Below are positions 20,924 to 30,876 of a stretch of 51,546 nucleotides of DNA, piece by piece; the stretch's first letter is position 1; every line of letters begins with the position of its first letter. The notes beneath the pieces were generated by a model. It had not been told where the DNA came from and made no database searches. It was given only the letters and a program-made list of their open reading frames with translations. The stretch is from positions 1-51,546 of the forward strand of contig JAPYRR010000003.1 of NCBI GenBank assembly GCA_029936885.1, read 5' to 3'. Made by a program: the position numbers and the translations under genes. This DNA comes from Fidelibacterota bacterium. GTDB taxonomy: Bacteria > Fidelibacterota > Marinisomatia > Marinisomatales > UBA1611.

Positions 20924-22996
20924 TTAGGTTAGACTGACGCCTTCCAGACGGTCGGCATAGTCTCTTATAAATGTTTCCCGAATCATTTTGTTTGATTCAT
21001 TTTTTAAATTTGGATCATTCTCCACTATTTCAAATGCTAATTTCCTCGCATCCCGGATGATGGGACCATCCGTAACCATGTTGGCTATTTTATATTTAAA
21101 AAATCCAGATTGCTTGATTCCAAAAAATTCGCCCGGTCCTCGAAGTTTCAAATCTTCATCTGCAATCACAAAGCCATCATTTGTTTCTTCCATAATATGC
21201 AATCTCGTTCTGGATGCATCCGTCACATTTCTTTTAACCAATACACAATAGCTTTTTTCGGCGCCACGGCCAACGCGCCCTCTTAATTGATGAAGTTGAG
21301 TCAACCCAAATCTTTCTGCATGTTCAACCACCATTACTGTTGCATTGGGAATATCCACCCCAACTTCTACCACGGTTGTGGATACAAGGATACTAATCTC
21401 GTTTTTAGAGAATTGTGCCATAACATCATCTTTCTCTTCCGCCGTCATTCTACCGTGAATCAAGCCAACCGTTAAATCGGGAAATATTTTTTCATCTAAT
21501 TCTTTGTGCGCTTCTACGGCCGCAAATAAATCAGATTTTTCTGATTCTTCTACCAAGGGATAAATCACCATACACTGGCGTCCCTCACCCACTTCTTCCT
21601 TAATGAATTTATATACCTTACCTAATCGCATAGGTTCTACCACTTTTGTAACTACGGGGATCCGATTTGCTGGCATTTCGTCAATAATCGATAAATCCAT
21701 GTCGCCATGATATGTGATTGATAGTGTTCGTGGAATAGGTGTTGCTGTCATGGCTAAAAAATGGGGATGAGTTCCCTTGTTTAAAAGGACTGCTCGCTGG
21801 TTTACACCGAATCGGTGCTGCTCATCTATGATGACCAAACCAAGATTTTTAAAGTGAACATCATCCTGAATTAATGCATGTGTTCCAATGACTACAGGAA
21901 TTGACCCAGCTTTCAATCCATTAAGAATTGGGGTACGATCTGATTTTTTCATATTCCCTACAAGAAGCGCACATGGAATATTTGCTTTATTAAATTCTTT
22001 ATTAAATGTATGATAATGTTGAGTGGCCAATATTTCTGTAGGAGCCATAAGCGCAAACTGAACATGATTCCCTACTGCTATAGCTGACACCAGAATAGAA
22101 ACAATTGTTTTGCCGGACCCAACGTCTCCCTGCAATAATCGATTCATTGATATTGGGGTTTTTAAATCTAAATGAATCTCTTTGATTACTTTTTTTTGAG
22201 CATGAGTCAATTCAAACTCGAGAGAATCAGAAATCAGTTTAAAATAAGGGCCAATATCTGGAAGAGGCATTGTCCCTGAATGATGGAGACTTCGTTTTCT
22301 CAATGCCATGAGTAGTTGAAGGAAAAAGTGTTCATCAAACTTGAGTCTTTTTGTGGCTTGATTCAATTCACCAATCCCGTTTGAAAAATGGATATCGTGA
22401 ATTGCTTGATTGAGTGCGATTAGGTCATTTTCCAATAAAGTATCGTCGGAAAAATATTCAGGAATTTCAATTTTTAATGATAATACTTCATTCATTATAT
22501 TCCGAAATATTCGCTGGTCTAACCCCGAAGATTTTAACTCCTGCGTTAAAGCATAAAGCGGAATTACTTTTCCTGTGCTTACAGGGTCATCATCTTTTTC
22601 CAGTTTGTCAAATTCCGGATGGGTAATTGTAAATCCACCATAGTAATCGACTTTACCGTGAATTGCCAGTTTATCTCCAACTTTGAAAAGAGATTTAATA
22701 TATCGCACACCATTAAACCAAGTCAGAGTTAATAGACCTGTTCCATCTGAAACGATGACTTGAAAGATTTTCCCTCGACGTGTGGATTTTTCACCGAAAG
22801 TTTCTACGTTTCCAATGAGAGTAACAATATCTCCCTTAGTGAAATTTCGGATTGGAGAAATAGTAGTACGGTCTAAATGTCTTCTGGGAAAATAATAAAG
22901 TAAGTCGTAAACAGTTTGTAAACCGTGATCATTAAGAGCCTTTTCTCGGTGAGAACCAACCCCTTTTAAACTCGAGATGGGCGATGAGAGATCCAA
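20924..22996 (-). CDS. recG: ATP-dependent DNA helicase RecG
   Basis: 690 aa. N-terminal wedge/OB domain; helicase motifs GDVGSGKT and DEQHRFG; C-terminal RecG motif region. Confidence 0.95.
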   Translation of the reverse strand: MDLSSPISSLKGVGSHREKALNDHGLQTVYDLLYYFPRRHLDRTTISPIRNFTKGDIVTLIGNVETFGEKSTRRGKIFQVIVSDGTGLLTLTWFNGVRYIKSLFKVGDKLAIHGKVDYYGGFTITHPEFDKLEKDDDPVSTGKVIPLYALTQELKSSGLDQRIFRNIMNEVLSLKIEIPEYFSDDTLLENDLIALNQAIHDIHFSNGIGELNQATKRLKFDEHFFLQLLMALRKRSLHHSGTMPLPDIGPYFKLISDSLEFELTHAQKKVIKEIHLDLKTPISMNRLLQGDVGSGKTIVSILVSAIAVGNHVQFALMAPTEILATQHYHTFNKEFNKANIPCALLVGNMKKSDRTPILNGLKAGSIPVVIGTHALIQDDVHFKNLGLVIIDEQHRFGVNQRAVLLNKGTHPHFLAMTATPIPRTLSITYHGDMDLSIIDEMPANRIPVVTKVVEPMRLGKVYKFIKEEVGEGRQCMVIYPLVEESEKSDLFAAVEAHKELDEKIFPDLTVGLIHGRMTAEEKDDVMAQFSKNEISILVSTTVVEVGVDIPNATVMVVEHAERFGLTQLHQLRGRVGRGAEKSYCVLVKRNVTDASRTRLHIMEETNDGFVIADEDLKLRGPGEFFGIKQSGFFKYKIANMVTDGPIIRDARKLAFEIVENDPNLKNESNKMIRETFIRDYADRLEGVSLT

Positions 22997-23042
22997 TTGA
23001 ATCCTTAAACAATCCTAATGTGCGAAAACAAAAATAATAATT

Positions 23043-24377
23043 TTATTTCCATTCCTTCCGATAAGTATAAGTCACATACTTTGTTTCGCCAGCGCCAAGC
23101 GAAAAAGGGAATTGAATTGTTGATGCATCTTTCTTTTGATAATTGATTGACTCATGTTTAATGATCCAGTCACCATTGATATGTTCTACTAATTGAACAT
23201 TTACAGACTCTGTTCTGGTGTTATTTACTTGAATTTCAATGACGGCTTCTTCACTTTTTCTTTGACGATCATAATTCAAAACTCGACGTTTTCCTATCAC
23301 ATCAAATGCACGGCCTGATGTTAAGGTAGTATGTTGGCCTTTTGGCACCTGACCTATATTATCTGTACCAATGTATTCAAGACCACCCATTTCAGAATAG
23401 GAATACATTTCAACCTTTCCTCCTGGGAGAGAAATACCTAGGCCGTTCGATTCCGTATTATCCATTCTTAATTTAACCTGTAATGGCTCTTCTTTTTGGC
23501 GACGTTCACTATTCTCAAAAACGTAGGTCTTTGTGTAACCCACATCCAAAGGGCCATACATCCGAACAGTTATATTTTCCTTTGTTTCTAGATCCTGTAC
23601 TTCATTCACTGTATAAATATAATAATCACCAAGTTCAGACTGATTCATTGGTGAATCCACAGATTCGATGGATGCAGGTCTAAGTTTTGCATTGCGATTA
23701 TAAAGAGGATATGTAGTTCTTGCTTTTTGTAAATGCCCTTCTACCAACTGAATATTTCCATTATAAAATGACATATCTGATTTATTGGAAATAACTGCTT
23801 CTGCAATTAATTCTCCTTTTTCTTCATCTATCATTTTTAATCGATAAACCGTCGACCAAGAAAAATCCCTAGTTTTATAAACCAATTCCCCTTTTACAAC
23901 CCTCTCAGAATTTGATTGAAGATCCCATGATAAATATGGATAAAAAGTAGGCTCTTCTAATATCTCTACTTTACTACCCAAATATTCCAACTCATTACGA
24001 TTAAACATTAAAATTCCGGATTGATTTGCAATGGTTACGGAGCTAGAACTTATGTCGAGCAACTTCCCTTTGACCATTTTTCCTTCTTTGGGTTTTACAT
24101 TTATTTCATCACCTCTAAGTTTTTTAAAATAACCTGTACCTGAGAAAATATTATCATTGAATCGCTGAGAAATTATTAAAGCGCTATCCAAATTCAAAAA
24201 GGGTGTGTCACGATGAATTCCTGTTGGTAAACTGCTCCAAGTCACATAACTATTCCCAGCAGGAATAAACCATGCAACTGGTTGTTTAACTAAAGCTGTT
24301 CCATCTTTATAAATAGTGAGTGTGGCGTTTTCTGATTGCCCTAAAAGCAATCCGGTTAAAATTAAGATTAGTTTCAT
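23043..24377 (-). CDS. DUF4139-like secreted protein (function unknown)
   Basis: 444 aa with a signal peptide. N-terminus ATLTIYKDGTALVKQ...WSSLP and C-terminal LPGGKVEMYSY...GQHTTLTSGRAFDVIG resemble the DUF4140/DUF4139 family. ATGA overlap with valS. Confidence 0.55.
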   Translation of the reverse strand: MKLILILTGLLLGQSENATLTIYKDGTALVKQPVAWFIPAGNSYVTWSSLPTGIHRDTPFLNLDSALIISQRFNDNIFSGTGYFKKLRGDEINVKPKEGKMVKGKLLDISSSSVTIANQSGILMFNRNELEYLGSKVEILEEPTFYPYLSWDLQSNSERVVKGELVYKTRDFSWSTVYRLKMIDEEKGELIAEAVISNKSDMSFYNGNIQLVEGHLQKARTTYPLYNRNAKLRPASIESVDSPMNQSELGDYYIYTVNEVQDLETKENITVRMYGPLDVGYTKTYVFENSERRQKEEPLQVKLRMDNTESNGLGISLPGGKVEMYSYSEMGGLEYIGTDNIGQVPKGQHTTLTSGRAFDVIGKRRVLNYDRQRKSEEAVIEIQVNNTRTESVNVQLVEHINGDWIIKHESINYQKKDASTIQFPFSLGAGETKYVTYTYRKEWK

Positions 24378-27007
24378 TGTAACATCTCCAAATTTGCTGT
24401 TACTTTTTCAAATTCATTTGTCAATTTTTCTAAATTGGATTTTTCTTTTTCTATAACATTTTCAGGTGCGCGATTAATGAAATTCTCGTTGGATAATTTC
24501 CCGTTAATACCAGTAACCAATCGATTTATTTCTGAGATTCTCTTTTCCATTCGTGCTTTTTCCTGATCCAAATCTACTAATCCTCCCAATGGAATGTACA
24601 TTTCCATCCCACCAACAACCGCCGTAGCAGATTGGCTAGGTTTTTCAATGGATTCCCCGGCGGATAATTCACCAATTCGTGATAATTGCTTTAGTAAATC
24701 TACATGTGATTTTAAAAATAATTGTTGTTCCTTGTCACATCGAACTACAAGATCCGAAAATTTTGATGGTGGAACATTCATCCTCGCTCGGATACTTCTG
24801 AGCGATGTAATAATCTCTTTTAAGAGTGTCATATCCGATTCCGCACTCTCATTCTGTGATGATTCAGATTTTGGCCATGGGGATATAATAAGATCTGACG
24901 AGCCCGTTTGTTTAAAATGATCCCATAATTCTTCAGTAATAAAAGGTGAATAAGGATGAAGCAAAGCCAAGACAGTTCGAATACATTTCAATGCGACAGA
25001 TCGAGCAATATCTGTTTTGGATTCATCATCACCATAAAATCTGGTTTTGGCAATTTCCACATACCAATCACAAAAGTCACTCCATGTGAATTCGTATAAC
25101 ACTTTTGCCGCTTCATTAAAATGGAAACGGTCCAATTGTCGATTATAATCATCAATGGTTTTAGACAATCGGCTTAAAATCCATTTTTCAGGCAATTCCA
25201 AGTTCTTAGAGTCTAAATCAATCTCATTGTCCCAATTTTCTGGAATATTCATTTGAACAAATCGACAGGCGTTCCATAATTTATTCATGAAATTCCGTCC
25301 GATTTCCAACCGATCTTTTGAGAATAAAACATCTAAACCTTGAGGCGCCATCAGCATGGTACCGAACCGTACTGCATCGGTCCCAAATTCATCAAATAAG
25401 TCAAATGGATTCGGTGAGTTCCCCAATGATTTACTCAATTTCCTTCCGCTTTCGTCTCGAAGAATGGATGTGAAATACACATCTTTAAACGGAAGCTCAT
25501 CCATGAATTCATAGCCAGTCATAATCATTCTAGCCACCCAGAAAAAGATAATATCGGGTCCAGTCACCAAAGCATCCGTTGGGTAAAATTTCTTAAGATT
25601 ATTATCTTCTGAAGGCCCCGAATGAACGCTTATGGGCCAAAGCCAAGAGCTAGCCCATGTATCTAATACATCCGGATCTTGTGTCCAGTTTTCTGGATCG
25701 GAAGGGCCTTCAACTGAAACATGAATCTTTTTTGGATCAGAATTATGTGTCCAAACGGGGATTTGGTGCCCCCACCATAATTGACGACTGATACACCAAT
25801 CTTTGATATTTCCCATCCAATGGTTGTAAGTCTTGGTCCAATGTTCTGGATGAAATTTGATTTGCCCATTGTTAACTGCATCCAAAGCCGGTTTAACCAA
25901 TTCTTCCATTTTCATGAACCATTGTTCGGACATATAAAACTCAATAGGCACCTGCCCGCGTTCAGAATATCCTACTTGATTTACATAATCTTCAATTTTG
26001 TCTATTAGTCCTGCAGATTCTAAATCTGCCACAACAGCTTTCCGGCCATCTTCACGCGATAAGCCAACATATTTTTCAGGGACATTAGAATTCAACGAAG
26101 CATCATCATTCATAATATTGATGAATTCTAATTCGTGGCGTTCGCCCATGGCAAAATCGTTAAGATCGTGAGCCGGGGTTACTTTCACACATCCGGTGCC
26201 AAATTCCGGATCTACATAATCATCAGAAATAATGGGAATTTCTCGCCCGACCAATGGAAGTGTTACTGTTTTTCCAATCAAATGTTTAAATCGGGTATCT
26301 TCTGGGTGAACAGCAATTGCCGTGTCACCTAGCATAGTTTCCGGTCGCGTGGTTGCCACAATTAATACGTCATTTGAATTTGTAATCGGATATCGGAAAT
26401 GCCACAAATGTCCATTCACTTCTTGGTGAATCACCTCTTCATCACTGATAGCAGATTTTGAAACAGGACACCAATTCACTAAACGATACCCTTTATAAAT
26501 AAGATCTTTTTCATACAATTTCACAAAGGCAGATAGGACAGATTTAGTGTAATCTGCGTCCATGGTAAAGCGCTCACGTTCCCAATCACAAGAACAGCCT
26601 AGTTTTTTCAATTGGCGAATAATGATACCACCGTATTTCTCCTTCCATTCCCAGACATATTCCAAGAATTCTTCACGGGAAAGATCACTTTTTTTAATTC
26701 CTTTTTCCTGCAACATGGCAACCACTTTTGATTCGGTTGCTATGGATGCATGATCCGTTCCTGGAATCCAGCATGCTTCTTTCCCCTCCATTCGAGCTTT
26801 TCGAATTAATATATCTTGGATGGTATTATTTAAAACATGGCCCACCGTAAGCATTCCAGTCACATTAGGAGGCGGAATAACAATAGTGTAAGATTCTTTT
26901 TCAGATGATTCATCTGCGTGGAAATATCCCTGTTGAGTCCAATGGTCGTACCATTTATCTTCTACATTTGCGGGATTGTAAGCTTTTTCTAAAGTGGATG
27001 ATGACAT
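24374..27007 (-). CDS. valS: Valine--tRNA ligase
   Basis: 877 aa. HIGH-type motif (PNVTGMLTVGHVLN), KMSKS-type motif (KLSKSLGN), editing domain, C-terminal coiled coil. Confidence 0.97.
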   Translation of the reverse strand: MSSSTLEKAYNPANVEDKWYDHWTQQGYFHADESSEKESYTIVIPPPNVTGMLTVGHVLNNTIQDILIRKARMEGKEACWIPGTDHASIATESKVVAMLQEKGIKKSDLSREEFLEYVWEWKEKYGGIIIRQLKKLGCSCDWERERFTMDADYTKSVLSAFVKLYEKDLIYKGYRLVNWCPVSKSAISDEEVIHQEVNGHLWHFRYPITNSNDVLIVATTRPETMLGDTAIAVHPEDTRFKHLIGKTVTLPLVGREIPIISDDYVDPEFGTGCVKVTPAHDLNDFAMGERHELEFINIMNDDASLNSNVPEKYVGLSREDGRKAVVADLESAGLIDKIEDYVNQVGYSERGQVPIEFYMSEQWFMKMEELVKPALDAVNNGQIKFHPEHWTKTYNHWMGNIKDWCISRQLWWGHQIPVWTHNSDPKKIHVSVEGPSDPENWTQDPDVLDTWASSWLWPISVHSGPSEDNNLKKFYPTDALVTGPDIIFFWVARMIMTGYEFMDELPFKDVYFTSILRDESGRKLSKSLGNSPNPFDLFDEFGTDAVRFGTMLMAPQGLDVLFSKDRLEIGRNFMNKLWNACRFVQMNIPENWDNEIDLDSKNLELPEKWILSRLSKTIDDYNRQLDRFHFNEAAKVLYEFTWSDFCDWYVEIAKTRFYGDDESKTDIARSVALKCIRTVLALLHPYSPFITEELWDHFKQTGSSDLIISPWPKSESSQNESAESDMTLLKEIITSLRSIRARMNVPPSKFSDLVVRCDKEQQLFLKSHVDLLKQLSRIGELSAGESIEKPSQSATAVVGGMEMYIPLGGLVDLDQEKARMEKRISEINRLVTGINGKLSNENFINRAPENVIEKEKSNLEKLTNEFEKVTANLEMLQ

Positions 27008-27188
27008 AAAATAATAATTGATTTAGAATAGGTTTTGATCAAAATAAAGCATCTAATTTTACGACAATTCCAGGGCGCTTTCATTGGAAACATATGGCAA
27101 ATTCTTATTGAATTCAATTTGGGTTTTATTTAATCAAATGATTAAAATTGAAGATGAAAAAGTTTGTCCAAACGCCTAATCCACACCT

Positions 27189-27740
27189 ATGATTTTATTG
27201 ATCGATAATTATGATTCTTTTACCTATAATTTGGTACAAGCTCTAGAATATTTGGGTGCACGAATTGTGGTAAAACAAAATGATGAAGCATTGGATTTAA
27301 GTTCACTCAATCCTGAGAAAATTATCATATCTCCCGGACCCGGTACGCCAAAAGATTCGGGTATATCCAACCAAATTATAAAGAAAACCATGAAAGCGAT
27401 TCCTATTCTCGGCGTGTGTTTAGGTCACCAATGTATTGGATCGGTATTTGGTGTGGATGTGAGAAAGTCCAAAAGACTTATGCACGGAAAAACATCCTTG
27501 ATTCATCACGATCAAACGGGATTATTCCATGGAATTCCGTCACCCTTTCAAGGGGCAAGATACCATTCTCTTTCCTTAGAGTCTGTGCCAAATGAATTTT
27601 TAAAAACGGCCTGGACTAATGATGGTGAAATCATGGGAATACAGCATAAATCACTTTCAATTTTCGGTGTTCAATTTCATCCTGAATCTTTTTTGACGCC
27701 TATGGGATTGAAAATATTGGAGAATTTTCTTCATGTCTAA
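27189..27740 (+). CDS. pabA: Aminodeoxychorismate/anthranilate synthase component II (glutamine amidotransferase)
   Basis: 183 aa. Class-I GATase with GVCLGHQ nucleophile elbow and FHPES. 8-nt overlap with pabB. Confidence 0.88.
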   Translation: MILLIDNYDSFTYNLVQALEYLGARIVVKQNDEALDLSSLNPEKIIISPGPGTPKDSGISNQIIKKTMKAIPILGVCLGHQCIGSVFGVDVRKSKRLMHGKTSLIHHDQTGLFHGIPSPFQGARYHSLSLESVPNEFLKTAWTNDGEIMGIQHKSLSIFGVQFHPESFLTPMGLKILENFLHV

Positions 27741-28842
27741 TAATTCAGTTCTATTTTTGGGAAACGATCAATCTGACTGGGGAAATATTTCCGCAAAAAA
27801 TCCCGTAGATCAAGTTTCACTCTCTTTAAATGATTCTCCTGAATTGCTTAATAATTTCGTAAAGAAACATAATGGAAAATTCATGGCTGGATTCATTTCT
27901 TATGAATATGGTGCAAAACAATTAGCTGCGCCGGTTCATAATTCAGAAATTATCCCAGCTGTACATTTTTGCGCTTTTGATTCCTTTGAAAAAGTGAATG
28001 GCGCTTTTTTATCATCCAGCGAAAAATGGGATACTTTTAATCCGGTTATTTCCAGAGCCGAATATGATTCAAATTTCAATAAAATAAAAAATCATATTCG
28101 AGCCGGAGATTTTTATCAGATTAATTATACGCATCCTTTAAAGTCAAAAACAGATGCTACACCAGAAAATCTATTTTCGACACTCCGACAAAAAAACCAA
28201 GTGGGATATTCCGTATTTATGGAACATGAAGATTGGGCGATCCATTCTCTTTCTCCGGAACAATTTATAAAAATAGAGAATGGGATTATAACTACCAAAC
28301 CCATAAAGGGGACACTTCCCCGCGGAGAGTCTCAAAAGAAAGATGGACAAAATCTCGATGCACTTTTAAATAGTGAAAAAGAACAGGCAGAACTTTACAT
28401 GATTATTGACCTTCTACGAAACGATTTGGGAAAAGTCTGTAAGACTGCGTCCGTTCAAGTTTTGGAATCAAAATCAATTCAAAAATTGGAAAAGGTATTC
28501 CATACTTACGGTGTAATCCAAGGAACATTGAAATCAAATCTACATCCAATCGAAGCATTGCTATCCATGTCTCCCGGCGGATCTATTTCCGGCTGTCCAA
28601 AAAAGCGAGCCTGTGAAATCATACATGAATTGGAACCGTTGGCGCGAGGCATTTATACGGGAACCATAGGTTACATCCTGCCGAATGGCACCCTTAATTT
28701 CAACATCGCTATACGAACCATTCTTCAACAGGGAAAAGACCTGACTTTAGGTGTGGGCGGTGGCATAACAATTGATTCTAATATTGAAGATGAATATTAC
28801 GAAACATTAGTAAAGGCGGCATCTTTACAACCCAATATTTAA
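27733..28842 (+). CDS. pabB: Aminodeoxychorismate synthase component I (short form)
   Basis: 369 aa. Chorismate-binding motifs SPEQF, PIKGTLPRG, GGSISGCPKKRACEII, ARGIYTGTIGY. Followed by a class-IV PLP enzyme. Confidence 0.82.
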   Translation: MSNNSVLFLGNDQSDWGNISAKNPVDQVSLSLNDSPELLNNFVKKHNGKFMAGFISYEYGAKQLAAPVHNSEIIPAVHFCAFDSFEKVNGAFLSSSEKWDTFNPVISRAEYDSNFNKIKNHIRAGDFYQINYTHPLKSKTDATPENLFSTLRQKNQVGYSVFMEHEDWAIHSLSPEQFIKIENGIITTKPIKGTLPRGESQKKDGQNLDALLNSEKEQAELYMIIDLLRNDLGKVCKTASVQVLESKSIQKLEKVFHTYGVIQGTLKSNLHPIEALLSMSPGGSISGCPKKRACEIIHELEPLARGIYTGTIGYILPNGTLNFNIAIRTILQQGKDLTLGVGGGITIDSNIEDEYYETLVKAASLQPNI

Positions 28843-28858
28843 TTGCCGCAAAAAATAC

Positions 28859-29647
28859 ATGATAAAAGTATTAATCAACAATCAATGGGAATCCGTCCCA
28901 AAAGAGAATCTTCAACTCGGTGCAGAAACATTTGCCTTTGATACTGGATTATATGAAACATTTCGGACCTTAAAACATCGGCATGTTTTCTTGGAACCCC
29001 ACCTAAATCGGCTCTTTAAATCAGCAGAAATCACTGGGCTAAATATTCGTTACACCCAATCTGAAATACGTAAAATGGTTGATTTTGTTATTACTGATTT
29101 TTCAGATCAAAATCAGCGTGTTCGAATTTTGGCTGTCCCAGAAAAACTCATTATTTACACATCTTCCCTGGATTTGGATCATTCAATTTATGAAGGTGTT
29201 TCTGCCATCACATTAGAGGGAATTAGAGAATCACCCGATGTAAAAACCACCAATTATAAGGTGTGTTTAGATGCTTGGCATCAAGCCGAGAAAAGGGGTT
29301 GTTTTGAAGCAATTTTAATGGATAGTAACGGAATATTATTTGAAGGAAGTAGAAGTAATATTTTCTGGATAATAAATGAAAAAGTTTTTACACGAAAAGG
29401 GAATGTTCTCCCCGGAATTACAAGACAGACGATTATTAACCGATCTCCTTTTCCTGTTGAGTTTGGAATATTACAAAATAATGCAATCTCTAAAATTGAT
29501 GAATGTTTTCTCACAAATAGCGGGTCTGGAATTATTCCGGTAACTCATTTGAATGGGAAAAACATTGGGAATGGTTTTGTGGGTGAAATTACAAGCCAAC
29601 TTTTGAGCCATTATAATGAATGGATGCTTCAAGACATCACTGGTTAA
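28859..29647 (+). CDS. pabC: Aminodeoxychorismate lyase / class-IV aminotransferase fold
   Basis: 262 aa. VKTTNYKV (Lys region), EGSRSNIFWI, VLPGITRQ. The position after pabAB supports PabC over IlvE. Confidence 0.7.
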   Translation: MIKVLINNQWESVPKENLQLGAETFAFDTGLYETFRTLKHRHVFLEPHLNRLFKSAEITGLNIRYTQSEIRKMVDFVITDFSDQNQRVRILAVPEKLIIYTSSLDLDHSIYEGVSAITLEGIRESPDVKTTNYKVCLDAWHQAEKRGCFEAILMDSNGILFEGSRSNIFWIINEKVFTRKGNVLPGITRQTIINRSPFPVEFGILQNNAISKIDECFLTNSGSGIIPVTHLNGKNIGNGFVGEITSQLLSHYNEWMLQDITG

Positions 29648-29666
29648 ATTCACCACTAGAATACCG

Positions 29667-30149
29667 ATGAAAAAGATTGTTCAAATTAATGTAAAACCAA
29701 ATATTCCAATGGAACATGGAATCCCAAAAATATCCGTAAATACCGTGATGCTTTTAGAATCTGGATTAGAAGGTGATTACAATAATTTTCGTACCAATAA
29801 AAAAGATCAAAATCCAGACATGGCTGTTTTGGTATATCCCATTGAAACAATTCATGAATTAAATGAGGAAGGTTGGCCCATAAAGCCTGGTGATCTCGGA
29901 GAAAATTTTACTATTAAAGGATTTCCACACTCTCATTTTTCACCCAATCAACAATACCAAATTGGCGAATGTCTTATTGAAATATCTTATGAATGCGATC
30001 CATGCCGGAACTTATCTGTGCTCCCATATATTGGTAAATCAAAAATAAACGAATTTATAAAGACACTCATGCAAAGACGGGGCTGGTATGCACGAGTTCT
30101 AAAGAAAGGAATAGTTAAACAGAATAGTTTAATAAAACAAATACAATGA
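29667..30149 (+). CDS. MOSC domain protein
   Basis: About 160 aa from ATG 29667 (MKKIVQINVKPN). GDLGENFTIKG and a conserved Cys in YECDPCRNL. The stop overlaps the next ATG (ATGA). Confidence 0.75.
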   Translation: MKKIVQINVKPNIPMEHGIPKISVNTVMLLESGLEGDYNNFRTNKKDQNPDMAVLVYPIETIHELNEEGWPIKPGDLGENFTIKGFPHSHFSPNQQYQIGECLIEISYECDPCRNLSVLPYIGKSKINEFIKTLMQRRGWYARVLKKGIVKQNSLIKQIQ

Positions 30150-30862
30150 AAAATATAATTGAATTAAAAATTTCTGGTATGACCTGTAATGGATGCGTGG
30201 CATCTGTGACTAAATATTTTCAAAATATATCAGATGTTGAGAATGCAGATGTTTCTTTAGAATCAAATTCAGTAACGATTACATCTTCTCATCCCATTTC
30301 AATCGAAGCATTACAAAAAGCTTTACCCGAAAAATATACGCTGAGTGAATCGATCAAAACTCAACCGGTTGAACTTCCTAATGAAATTGAATCGGACTTG
30401 AAACAACTTTTCCCGCTTTTTCTTATTTTCTTTTACATCATTTCAGCAACTCTATTAATTAACAGAAGCAATTTGAATGTATCAGATTTCATGTATGACT
30501 TTATGGGACTCTTTTATATTGTATTCAGTTTTTTCAAGTTTCTAGACTATAAAAACTTCCCCGATTCATTTGCCATGTATGATCCGCTAGCAAAAGTGAT
30601 TCCAGCTTATGGCTGGGTTTATCCCTTTATCGAAACTGTCCTTGGATTATTATTCATCTTAAGGATGGAACTTCAATTTGCACTTTATGCTACTGTGGTC
30701 ATTCTCGGAATTACTACTGTTGGTGTAACAAAAGCACTGCTTAATAAAAATGCAATACAGTGTGCCTGTTTGGGTACTGCTTTGAAATTGCCCATGACCA
30801 AAGCAACATTTATAGAAAATAGCATTATGCTTTTCATGGCAATCTGGATGTTGTTGGCTTAG
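30146..30862 (+). CDS. Heavy-metal-associated (HMA) domain fused to a MauE/DoxX-like membrane domain
   Basis: 238 aa. N-terminal GMTCNGCV (CxxC) ferredoxin-like HMA domain. C-terminal 4-TM region with IQCACLGTALKLPMTK, typical of MauE-type proteins. Confidence 0.75.
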   Translation: MKNIIELKISGMTCNGCVASVTKYFQNISDVENADVSLESNSVTITSSHPISIEALQKALPEKYTLSESIKTQPVELPNEIESDLKQLFPLFLIFFYIISATLLINRSNLNVSDFMYDFMGLFYIVFSFFKFLDYKNFPDSFAMYDPLAKVIPAYGWVYPFIETVLGLLFILRMELQFALYATVVILGITTVGVTKALLNKNAIQCACLGTALKLPMTKATFIENSIMLFMAIWMLLA

Positions 30863-30876
30863 CTCACCTATCCTTT

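Noticed and set aside
27177-27185. DnaA-box-like TAATCCACA at the valS/pabA divergent junction, together with the strand switch there
   Set aside because: It is a single imperfect box, there is no cluster of boxes, no dnaA/dnaN nearby, and gene orientation switches back at 36.4 kb. This is not an origin.
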